Assembly: GCA_026026165.1 (NCBI GenBank)
Contig: JAPEUD010000072.1
Coordinates: forward strand, 1-64,000
DNA: 64,000 bases
Source: Sarea resinae
Taxonomy: Eukaryota
Direction: 5' to 3'
Numbering within the stretch: the stretch's first letter is position 1; each line of letters begins with the position of its first letter. The position numbers were made by a program, and so were the translations under genes. The notes under the pieces were generated by a model. That model searched no databases. It saw nothing but the letters and a program-made list of their open reading frames with translations, and had not been told where the DNA came from. Positions 1-10,787 of this stretch are shown here, piece by piece.

Positions 1-155
1 CCAGCCAAATAGCTAAGATGCAACGCGGCCTGCAGTGCAGGCGAGCAGCGCCAGCGCAGCATAGAGGGTCAGAGGTAAGGCTAGGAGCACTAGAGGCAAT
101 GTTTTATCGCGTCTAACTAGTGGCAACTCTACTGCTGCAAGGCTACTTGGTTTAG

Positions 156-268
156 GCCAGCCTAGCCGGCTAAATAGCTGACAGGCAGAGCGAGCGCGCG
201 GCGCACAGAGAGTTTTTTTCCTTCCAGACAATCTAGCAATCTTTTCTTCTAGACTGCCTAGAAGTTTG
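156..268 (+). repeat. Left terminal direct repeat including palindrome CTTCTAGAC-T-GCCTAGAAG (246-264)
   Basis: 156-186 matches 5055-5085 at 23/31 positions, and 7 of the 8 differences are transitions. It is followed by AGAGAG, a T-tract and CTTC(C/T)AGAC. Confidence 0.7.
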
Positions 269-296
269 ATCGTCGAACAGCGACATTAAGCGACGT

Positions 297-3200
297 CTAG
301 GCTCGCTTAAGCTCTTGCTAAAGGTGCAGGATCACTTCGATCATCACTACTATAGCGTTGCTGACCCACTCTCCCTACACCAGCCAGATGTGCTGTTGCC
401 TGAGCCACTTGCTGTATCCTTCGAGGTCGCCTCGCTGGCCAAGAAATCCAGCCCTGCTGATCAGCTCCCACCCTCTCGCGCCGGCTGCCGCGTCGGCTGC
501 AGCGGTGCGCACGATTGGCACCAGTCGATTCAGCCACTGACAGCTAGCCTGAGTGTTAACTCTGGTGCAGCAATACCGCTAACTGATGCCGCATCGAAAG
601 CAGCTGTAGGTCTTCTCCTCTGAGTCCTCTTAGAACCAGATTTTCTGTCGGAAGCTATTGACAGCCTGCTTGCTGAGCGCACCCCGCTGCAGGCATTGGT
701 GCCAGCTATGCTCCTACCGCTCTGCCTGCCTAGCCCCTTCCTTGAGCCCCTCGGCCACCTAGCAGACAGCGCACCGCCCTTTGAGCTAGTCGAGTGCCTG
801 CTTGACAACGGCCTGCTGCCGCTCCGCTTTAGCCTCGCAGGTCTGCCACTCAGTCAGGCCCTCGCTGCATCGATCGCACCGCGCCGCCGTGCCTTAGTCG
901 ACCTCGCCACACCGCACCCCCTTTCTGTCAAGGTAGCCGCTTATAATCTGCCGCCAGCAGCCCTAAGTGGTGATAAATTCCCACATCGCCTGCTAGTCGA
1001 CAGTACGCTCTACGACAGCCGCCGCTGTGAGCTGGCCAGCCTCTACAAGCACGACAGCATCTACGTCCTCGCCAGCGCGCCTGGCCTAGCCTAACTCCTG
1101 CGCGAAGTCGATCATGCTATACAGCACCCTAACGTGCAGCGTCATCAAGATCCCGCCGTAGTCAACCCTAGTGCCGAGCGCGCTAGTGGCGACGATCCAG
1201 CCCTCTTCAGACATCCACTGCCTAAGCTAGCGCTCCTTCTCCTCTAATGTCGAGTGATAGTGGCCGCACTGTAGAGTCTCAGCCAAGGCCTTGCACGCCG
1301 CCCAGGTTCGGCAGTAGATCACCCCTTTCCCTTGCCGCCGCAGTCGCTGCTGCAGCTGCTGTCGACAGAGGTGCGCTGCGCTCTCAAGCAGCTAGCTATC
1401 TTTGCACCGCACTACTAGATAGCGGGTGCGCGGCCGGATCGTGCGAGCGCGAATGCAGCGCGCCACTAGCATCAGCATGCTGTCAGCTAGCTCCTGCTCT
1501 AGAGCAGGCGGCAATGTCGCGGTCAGTAGTATTATCAGGCACATCATTGTCTGCAGATGCTTGAGATCGTTAAGCCGCGGCCAGTAATAGTTAGCTGTGA
1601 ACGTCAGGTGACACTCGTCCACGACGATCTGCTGCAGCAGACTGTGCCGCTGCAGCGCTATAGCGTACGTCAAGAAACCCAACCCACTGGCGAGATCAGC
1701 GCTGACCACTACTACTGCAGCGAAGCTGCTATCGCTGTGCCTCTACTTGAGACTGTTAATGCCGACCCGCTGCAATCGGCCGACTAGATCGTTCACTAGA
1801 GCGCAGAACAGCACTACTACCACTGTCACTAGCAGCCCTTGCAGCCCTTTCTCCTGCCGCTGTTGCTTAAGCTAAGCTAGCAGCATAAACAGCAGGCTCT
1901 TCCTGCCTCTAGTAGGCAGCACTACTACAGTCGGCGTCTTATGTTGCAAGATCGCTTGCAATGCCACGCGCTGCTCTACTAACTTGAACTCCACTCGACT
2001 TAACCCTAGCAATTGCTGCATGCTAGTAACAACCTCCTCTAAGTCGACGTTAATCTCTTGCCTCAAACTATTATCATCCTCTAGCAGCTGAAACCGCTTG
2101 CGGCAGCCACAGCCTATCACTAGAACTCTTGTTTCTTCTCTCTCCTCTTGCTCCTCCTCTAGCAGCTGCTCCTCCTCTGCTTCCTGCTTGCGCTTTGGCT
2201 TTCCCTTAAGCTTAGGCTAGGACTCGCTCTGCTGCGCTGCACCAGCTAGGCTGCTGCCACTATCAAGCTGTAGGAATGCGTGCCACGCCTGACTCACTTA
2301 GCCGAACGCGTTAAGAGAGCGCGCGCTGAGATTCCAGACGATATCCCTAGAAACGCCATATCAAATTTGCCTGATAGCAGTGGTGTGCCTAGTCTGCAGC
2401 TTGAGTTTGTCCTCCTGCTCAAGCTGCAGCTCCTCTACATCCTTAGCCTTGTCCCTACAATGCAGCGCTTGCCTCTCGCTGGCAGCGAATTCCTTGCCCA
2501 CGAATTTCTAGCCGATCGTGATCGCTACATGTTGATAGTCCTGCGTGGTCAGCCGACATTTCAACCGCGTGGACGTCTCGCGGCTAAGGACCTAGGTCAG
2601 CCGCTCTGTCAGCCACAGCTGCCCTTTAGCCGTGCCCTAGATAAATTCATTGTCAAGCCCGCCCTCTAAGCTGACCGCGGTCTGCAGGTGGCTGTAGAAC
2701 GGCTGCATGTAGGCTAGGTAGACGACTATAAGCTGGCCGACTCGCTACAGCAGGAAGCGCAGCACTACCTTTAGGGTATTGTACTAGGCCTAGCTCTTAT
2801 AGTAGCGGGTCACTAGCACAACTAATCTATCTACCACGTAGACATTGCAATCCTGCAGCAGGCTGTTGCGATAGCGCACTGACAACTCCTTAGTGCTGCA
2901 GCTAGGCTAGCCCCTAGTTATATAGCAGCTAAAGAGTAGCAGCTTGAGAAAGGCCTGCACGCGCCAGCAGTAGTCCCTGACTAGGCCTAGTTCCTAGCTA
3001 GTGCTGTCGCGCTATTAGAGCGGTTTTTTGTCTTCTCTCCTTTCTTTCTTCTAGACTGTCTAGAAGTATTGAGCTGTGCAGGCGACGCGCGCCACTATCA
3101 AGGAGAGCCCCTGATCTAGCTGGTTCGCTAGATTGCTAAGGAAGGACTAATTCTGCTGCGTGAACGCTATGTCGTCCTTGATGCCAGCTAGGTTGACAGT

Positions 3201-4976
3201 GAAGCAGTCGCCTAGTTCGCGGCACTACATCAGCTCAGGCTAGAGGATAGCCTTAGCGGCCTTGATCGCCTGGTGCGCTATCTGCTAGAAGTAGGCGATC
3301 ACAATTAGCTTACTGCAGAAGCGTAGCGACTAAGCATCCTAGGCCTAGTTCGTTGTCGCTGTGCTTAGCTGCTGCTAGCCGATGTACTTAGCGTATGCAA
3401 GCAGGCTAATCATTGTGCTTATTAGGGTCAGCGAGCTGTCGGCTAGGAATATCTTACGCTGCCCTAGGAAGCGCTTCTGCTTAGCCTGGCTCTGCTGCTC
3501 TTGCGCGGCCGCTGGCAGCAGCACCTTGACCCTGATCACCTGCATGCAGTAGACCACCCTGGCCAGCTAGTAGGAGTAGCTTGTCGCTGTGTGCAGCCGC
3601 TTAGTAAGGGGGTCGATGCTAAGCACAGCGAGGAAGTAGACTAGCGCGCTGTCAAAAGGGTCTACTAGTAGTAGGTTAAAGATAAGCGCCTGCAAGAAGG
3701 CTAGCACTTGGTCGACCTGCAGGGCCTTGTCGCTATTAAGCTCAAGCGACTCCTAGACAGCCTGCAAGCGCTCGTTCTGCTCTGCTGTCAGATGCAGCAA
3801 TTTGTCGGCATCCTTTAGCCGCGCGTTAGGTGCGTGGGCAGCGAAGGTGCAGTAGGCGAAGACGCGCAAGCAATAGCAGATCAGACGCGCCTAATAGTTA
3901 GCATAGCGCACCTGAGCCTCTGCGGTCTGCAGCTGACCTAATAGCTTTAGGTGCACCTTAGTGCGCTTCTTGCTGCGCAGCCAGCGGCAGAGCTCAAGCG
4001 GTAAGGTAGCTAGCCTAGCCACGCAGCGCTCAATCATTAGTCAGGTGACCTTAGCGGCCTAGCTAAGGATCTAGTCTAAATCCTGCCGCTGCCGCTGCCG
4101 CCGCGGCCGCCTAAGTCGCTAGTTAGAGAGCTCGCTAGCGTAGAGAAGGTGAGCTATATTCTGGCGGCGCAGGTGGGCTAGCTAGCTAGTGCGACTAAAC
4201 CAGCTAGTGCGATTAGTCTTCTGCACCTCGCTCTTAGTTAGGGCCTGACTCTGCTTGTGCGCGGCCTGCTAAGCATTGAACTCGCGCTAGATCTAACTAG
4301 CTAGGTTGTTAGAGGCTGCTTTGCCTAGCCAATCATTATTGTAGCTCCTCTCTGCGTGCTCCTTTTCTGCTAGCTGCACTAGAAAATATCGCTGCAGCCT
4401 GCTAGTGAAGAAGGTCTGCACTAGAACCAGCTGCTAATTTAGCGAGTCCTCTTCTTCTTCTTTCTCCTCTTAATTAGCAGACTAGGCGTGCTGCTTATTG
4501 CTATGCTTCTGCATGATCTAGCGATTCGCCGTGCTAAAACTACAGTCTCAACAGGTAAAGCTGTTAGTAGGTGCCCCTAGAGTGGGAAATGCAGGGCAAT
4601 TTAGCGGTGGCAAAGGCACAGCATGCAGATCAAGTAGGCTGCAGCCTTAATACTGCGCTCTAAGCAGACGTCGCTCCTTAGCTAGCATTGCATGACTGTC
4701 CTTTAAGTAGCGGTCTATATTTTAAAGGGCGTAGCCATGTTGACAGCAGATTAGGACCTAATAGTTTGGCTTATAGTAGAATAATAACGATTGCGATCCT
4801 GATCTTAATCTTGATCTAGATCCTAATCTCTCTTGCTGCTTCTCTTGCTCCTCTTGCTCCTCTTGCTCCTCTTGCTGCTCTTGTTGCTCTTGTTCTTACA
4901 CCGCCTGCTGCAGCTGCTGCTGCTAGTTATTAAGGGCGGCGGCAGCGCCGCTGCAGGCGAAGTGCGTAGTTAGCAT
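297..4976 (-). pseudogene. RIP-inactivated large single-exon gene: Zn-finger (DUF3505-like) + putative tyrosine recombinase domain + RecQ-family helicase + Cys-rich C-terminus (telomere-linked-helicase-like)
   Basis: Manual translation: ATG at 4976, and every segment checked is in the same frame (4799, 2999, 2120, 1709, 1199, 320). Motifs: VLICCQHGYAL..DRYLKDSH; VVVLPTRGRKSL (Walker A, de-RIP LPTGGGKS); VVDECHL; LLTATLPP; VATSALGTRVDY; FAQELG*ARRAGE (QESGRAGR); C..QIISGYLD..RCDRC. Many in-frame TAG/TAA stops explainable as CAG/TGG/CAA transitions. The true stop may be 318-320 or 297-299. Confidence 0.88.
3048..3066. repeat. Internal perfect palindrome CTTCTAGAC-T-GTCTAGAAG
   Basis: 9-bp arms with a 1-nt spacer, preceded by a pyrimidine tract as in both terminal copies. 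Confidence 0.8.
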
Positions 4977-5054
4977 GCCTTAGCTCACTGTAATAACCAC
5001 CTCGATCCTCCTCCTTTAACCCTAAGTGACGCTTAAACTCTCCTAGTGGATTTC

Positions 5055-5146
5055 GCCGGCCAGGCTAGCCAAATAGCTAGCAGGCTAGGCAGGCGCAGTG
5101 TACATATATATAGAGAGCTTTTTCTTCTAGACTGTCCAGAAGTTTT
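5055..5146 (+). repeat. Right terminal direct repeat including palindrome CTTCTAGAC-T-GTCCAGAAG (5124-5142)
   Basis: Direct-repeat similarity to 156-268; the palindrome lies ~150 bp upstream of the ATG at 4976. Confidence 0.7.
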
Positions 5147-5258
5147 TTAAAATCTTTAAACAGCGGCTAGTAGATCAGACGCAAGCAAGCCTTCTCCTTT
5201 CCTTAGAGCGCTGCGCAGGCGCCAGGGGCGAAGTGCGCTGTTGGTCTGCCTTAGCTAG

Positions 5259-5926
5259 CTGCAATCACCTCTCGATATACCTTGAACCCTAAGTAACCCC
5301 AAGGGACAGGGCAACCCTAAGGGTGGGAAATCGACGCTGGCGGGCCAGCGATCGAACGAACAGAGGGCGGGCGCGCGGGCGAGGATCGAGGCAGCTATCG
5401 AGGTGGTCAGGTCGGTGGGCAGAGGGCGCTTTTTGACAGGCGCGAAAACACCGTCGCGAAAACACCGTCGATTCTCGCTTGGGGCTCGCTTCGATGCCTT
5501 AAAGAGGCGAAGATCGGCGAAAATCGACGAGAAGACGGTGTCTTCGGCCGCTGCAATGCGGTTAGGCCGCACTCCGCCACGTCCGCAAGCCAGTCCACCG
5601 CCACCTCCTCGACAAGCAAGTCCGCTACAACCGCCTTATTCAGCCCCCACTCGGCGGCCACTGCTTCCGCGAGCCCAAGACGTGCCAGAAAGAAAGGTAA
5701 AGGCATCTAGTATCTGATCGATCAGCGCTTACTTGTTGCACTAGTTGCTGCACGAGATCGTCTTATCCCACAAGCCGAGCATGAGGGCAAAAAAGCGGCG
5801 TTGAAGGCGGCGGTGAAGGCGGCTCGGCGGATAAGGCTAAACGTCAAGAGGAAGGCAAGGAAGAAGCAGGTCCAAGCCGAGAAGATGGCCAGACGAGAAA
5901 GCAACCTGTCCGGCGCGCTGGTCTAA
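5259..5926 (+). pseudogene. Degenerate basic (K/R- and Pro-rich) orphan ORF, 5' end apparently disrupted near the helicase element
   Basis: The frame of ORF 5403-5717 extends upstream through RIP-type stops. A further basic segment (KAALKAAVKAARRIRLNVKRKARKK) ends at TAA ~5926. Confidence 0.3.
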
Positions 5927-5975
5927 CGATATCTAGAGTGCGTATCAATGTAGGGAGATAGGTCTGGTCTACACT

Positions 5976-6647
5976 TCAAGTAGGGTGGAATCGATTGATG
6001 CGACGTCTCAGATCGTCCAAGATACTGGTACATTCTCTTTTCGTCACGAATCCATTGGCCGGTTGAGCGTCCACGGCGATGTCAACCATCTCCCATAGGC
6101 ATTTGATGCTTCTGAGAGACTTCTCAGATATCGAATTCGATGTAGTCTGAATGCCATGATCCCGATCCCATAGGCGTTGGATCTCGGTGCGAAGAGGAAT
6201 GGCAGCCAAGTTGATGGCAATTCTCTCATTCACGGACAGACGGTTGATGTGGGCTTGGACATCGGGGTGATGCATGATCTGCGAATTGACGCGTTAGGCC
6301 TCCAAAATGAATGATACACAAGGGGTTCGAGTTCCTACGAAGTTGAAGCGGCGAACGGTCTGCATGGCAATAGCTTCCCACTCTAGTAGATCCTCCTCCG
6401 AACAGTCCTTTGCGCGCTCCGCCATGGCGCATCGTCCTAGTAGTCCCAATCCAAGAAGCAGAGGGCCACACACACGATTCATCATTGTCTTCTTCGCTCG
6501 GCGAGTTTCGGCTCTCAGCCGGATGTTGTAGATGAGGTTCACCGTGTTCCAGACCGCACACATGTTGACGTGGTTCTCTAGAATAGACGGAACGACCTCG
6601 GGAAGCGGTTCATCGATAGGATCAAGAGGATCAGTAGTGGCAGCCAT
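5976..6647 (-). CDS. Orphan protein (~200 aa, two exons)
   Basis: ORFs 6294-6647 and 5976-6275 join in frame across a ~60-nt GTAGGA...CTAAC...CAG intron (RFNF|IMHHPDV). No recognisable domain. Confidence 0.55.
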
Positions 6648-6929
6648 GACAATAAGGTAGACCAGGGAGATGTATTGACAAACCGCAAGAATGATCAGTG
6701 AGTGGAATCAGTGGAATAGATGCAGATGCCGCTTTCGTACGGTTCACGACATCTGCACCTCCCTTCACCACCGGCACCATATTCACCGAATCCGCCCCGG
6801 CTCAAACCCTAACTGACTCGAACCCACAGATCTTTACCCACTAATCTTTCCTCAATCACCTTTCTTGAACTACATACCACTGTCAGAGCATCCCGCGTCG
6901 GAAAACCCACCAAGACCCCGAACTCCAAT

Positions 6930-8765
6930 ATGCCTCCAAAACGTCCATCTAATTCTGAACGAGAAGGTCCAAGAAAGAAGATTGAGACCAGATCTGCTGC
7001 AAAACCCAGTACCGAAAAGGCAACGTAAGACACCTTTGCTGCAATTCCTCATCTCATTAGCTGATCTACAAAAGTCCGGCCGTTCACGAGGATGATGAAC
7101 ATGTCATCTCGCTCGCCGGAACATTTACCAACATCCCAACCTTGCGGCCAGACGAGCTTCACTTGGTATTTCCGGATCTGCACCAAAAGCAGCAGCTCAT
7201 AGACCTGTGGTATGTTTTCACGAAAAAGCCGGCCACGCCAGCAGGTCGAGAGCGACGAGTGCAGTGGTTCGCCGTGCGTAACTAGCCCGCCCTAAGATTC
7301 AAAGCTTCTGCTAACCCGCTCAAACAGGTACGGAAGCTCTCCATTGAATTCCTTGAGACATGCTTCCAGGACGAAAATCCAAACCCAACTCCTTGTGCTG
7401 TCGCCGTGGCTATTAGAGCGGTGTCAACCTTTCGTCGTTTGGCGATAGCGGCAAAGGCAGCCTTAAACTTCGAACTATGGTCCGAATGTATCCGCCGCGA
7501 GATGGACTATCTTATGATTCTGGAGATACATCGTAAGCCGTCCTTCTTCTCCTAATAGGGCTAGGGCTAACTCCTTAGACTTTGGAAAGGAGCAGTACCA
7601 GCGATGCCGTTACGTGGATCACTTCTTTGATCAAGCATACCAAGAACTAGTATCGCAGCCCGTTGCACCCTCGCCACTAATGGCGGAAGCTAGCACACAG
7701 GTCGTGGCGCCTGCAGCGTCGACTTACGAGGAAATAATCAAGGCCGCTGAGATTAAGGCAAAGCCGTTTGCAGGGAACGTGATTGGTTACAATGATGCAA
7801 AGATGGCCTTGGACGAGGGGGTGGTTTTTCCTACCCTATTTGCATACTTAGCGTCTATGGAAGATTGCGAATCGTCCGGCATTCTATTGTACGGGCCTCC
7901 GGGCACAGGGAAGACAATTCTGGCGCATAACCTCGTGGGCTTGGCTGTGCACAAATTCTATCAGATCCGCATGGGGGATGTACTCACCAAATACGTCGGC
8001 GAAACAGAGAAGTCGGTTGCCTTTACTTATTGGGTTGTAAAAACTGACAAGATGGAATAGAATCGTGAGAGCAATATTCGATGTTGCCCGGGCGAATAGG
8101 CCAAGTGTCCTGTTCATCGACGAGGCCGAAGGGTTGTTTGGTACCCGCAGCGACTCGGACAACAAGGCGTTTTCCTCGGCAAAGGATGCAATTTTAACAG
8201 AGTGGAATTATCTCCCGGCAGATGTCAGTGTGATTGCTTGTACTAATTTGCCATGGATGATCGACGCCGCTTTTTCACGAAGGTTAAGCGTAAAGATCTT
8301 CGTCGGTCTCCCAAGCACATCCGATATTGCCGAGATGATCAAGGACAAGATAGCTAAGATGCCCACTGTGATTGCCGATAGAGATGTTGAGCAGCTCTCC
8401 AAGAAGCTATTCGGCCTCACTGGCCACGACGTCGTCGTGTGTGTAAAGAAGCTGCGGAACGCTCTTTTACATGATCTCTAGAGAGCAGAGTTCTTCCGCC
8501 TTGTAAGTCCTGGCCCAACGATACCACATTCGGTGATTGACTATTCAACTAGAACGAGAGGATTGGAAAATATCAACCATGTGCAAGCCATGTGCTCGGG
8601 GCATTCCGCTCTGCCTTCTGAGACCTTCTGCCGAGCCGTGTTGAAATTCGCAACCTCACTATCAAGCAAGTGTCGGACGTCTTCCTTGCCGCGAAGCCCA
8701 GCATCTCCAAAGACACCATGGAGCAGTACCTATCATATGCAAATAAAACGGGTGCAATACACTGA
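6930..8765 (+). pseudogene. Vps4-like (meiotic-clade) AAA+ ATPase with premature stops
   Basis: Spliced model with five introns, starting MPPKRPSNSE. Motifs GILLYGPPGTGKT, KYVGETEK, VLFIDEAE, CTNLPWMIDAAFSRR, GLTGHD, and a Vps4-like tail (YQPC...KPSISKDTMEQYLSY). In-frame stops TAG 8479-8481 and TGA 8619-8621. Confidence 0.78.
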
Positions 8766-10129
8766 CGAGATCCTGGGTTGACGTGTAAGTCTTGTATCTT
8801 TTGGACGTAGATCTTTGAAGATGAGGGGTTACTGATGCGAAGACAAGATATTATTTTCGGAATTTTCCTCAAAACATCCACCAACTATCATGGCCAACAC
8901 CCTAACAAGATGACCTTCAGAACGACTAAGAAAAACGCAGCTCAACAAGTAGCCAACCTAGTCATGATTGAAATAAGACGAGTTGATCGAGAGAAATTGA
9001 CAAGACAAGCTGCCATTGCACTGTGCCGCAGCCCTCTGGAAAAAGATGATACTGAAAGCCCCGCCGACACCCCGCCGACACCATGCAGTCACAACGCCGT
9101 CACAACGCTGTCAACACATTTTTCTCTTGTTTCTCTAACTTTGCTCTGATTTCCATGACAGTTTGATTTGCAAGGACATTATCGACGAAAATATTGGGCA
9201 AAATATTGTCATGGAGCAGGATTGTCAGGATGGTTTGGCCAACGTCAGGTACATCTGAGCTAGCAGGTCGATTCTTATCAGAACTAGGCGGTTGATAGTC
9301 TTCAGATCTAAGGACAAGCTGAGTCTAAGGCGGAACAGGGACGTCATGCAAGGGACGTTTCTGGCCGCTAAGCATGCTCATACCCTTAAGAACCTTGTTC
9401 ATGCCGACTAGCTGTTCTGCAGTCGATATATTGGCGAAAGCTACCAGATCATTGCTCACGCAAAACTCTGTAATGTATATCTAATGTTCTCTAAAGACGT
9501 CCTCAACAAATTCCTACAGGAAGTCAGGACTATGCGCGACTTGGCTAGAGACATGCATAGCGTACTATCCTTTTCTAAGTCTTTCTGTTATAAGCTTCTA
9601 CTTTCTGCTTATAAAGATTATGCTATCATGATTAATAGCATAGATGATGCCTTTGCTAGCAGCATATTAGGTTCGGATTGGGCTTAGCATATGTCTAGAG
9701 GAAATGACGCATGTTTTAAGGCAAAGGCAAAAAGAAGCGACAGCGACGATACAGCAGATAGCGGAGAATCCCTCTTTAGGTGCGCGTTCACCTTTGCATT
9801 GACTCTTTAGAGATAAAGCCAGTGGTTAAGGAACGATATCCTTACTATAGCGCACTTTAAGAGGGCGGGTAGCTTGCAAACGCCGCTGGCTAAGGGCAAC
9901 GCAAGTCACAATGAGAGAAAGCGAGCTCACTAAGTTGATTTTGTGATACCCTCTAGCCCTTTTCTGCCTGCGGCAAATCAAAGATATCACCTGAGCCTAA
10001 AGCCAGCAGGGTTTCTAGCCTATTGTGACCCACTGTCAGCTATCTCCAGGCAACTGTGATAACGTGAATAGGAATAACAAAGTGATTCGGCGTTGAAGGA
10101 TTGCATTGTCGTGTTAAAAACTTGATAGT

Positions 10130-10787
10130 AGATGAAGAATGAGGTGGGCTTGCTTCTACCTGAGGCGCTTTCACGTTTGCCTTCTATTGCCCTCTATCTC
10201 TTAAGCACGTTGTCTTGCTAGGGTCTCCTCGAGGCTCTCGCCTAAGTCATCGCCTACAAGCTTCCTCTCAAATGCTGTCTGATACCAGGCTGTCCCTTCC
10301 TTGATGTCCTTGAATATCTGATTGCCAAAGTAGCGCGCTAAGAAGTCCTTAGAGAACTTCGCTGATCTCTTATTTGCTCGCGCTTGTGCCTTAAGGTCGC
10401 TGACATCCCTCTTTATCTGTTTAAGGACAGCCTCCTGAACGAGTGAGCTCCGCTCGCGTGGTGTTGAGGACGCATCCTCACCTGGGACGAGATCTTTTCC
10501 TTTATCGCCTCTACAAGCGCCATCGTCTGATCGTTCTCTTGTTTCATCTGAATCGAGGCAGCTCTTGCAACTAGCAAAGCTGGTCCAGTCTCGTCAATCA
10601 GGTCGGTAATAGAAGGAGGACTGCGGTTTGAATCTGTTATAGTGGCTGATTGAAGGTGCTCGCAAAGGATGATAGCTGTCAATGTTCTTGTCTTGCAGCT
10701 ACAGGAGTGAACGATCTGTAGACAATCTGAGGACTCAGGCATCACATTCACTTTGCAGACAACAAGGACTTGATACAAGTTATACAT
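10130..10787 (-). pseudogene. Degenerate spliced orphan gene (helical, charged)
   Basis: The ORF continues across a GTGAGG...CAG intron (KISSQ|IKRDVSDLKAQ) with a RIP-type stop downstream. Boundaries are approximate. Confidence 0.3.

Larger units (their letters stand above)
156..5146 (-). mobile_element. Candidate ~5-kb recombinase-helicase mobile element bounded by degenerate direct repeats
   Basis: Heavily RIP-mutated (implies multicopy), with a single long ORF. Related sequences at 156-268 and 5055-5146 flank the ORF in direct orientation. Confidence 0.6.

Noticed and set aside
315..2669. Plus-strand ORFs over the helicase region
   Set aside because: Antisense to the RIPed helicase gene and not independently protein-like.
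5017..5320. Scattered AACCCTAA telomere-like motifs near the helicase gene
   Set aside because: Only three isolated copies, not tandem, and TAA is readily produced by RIP.
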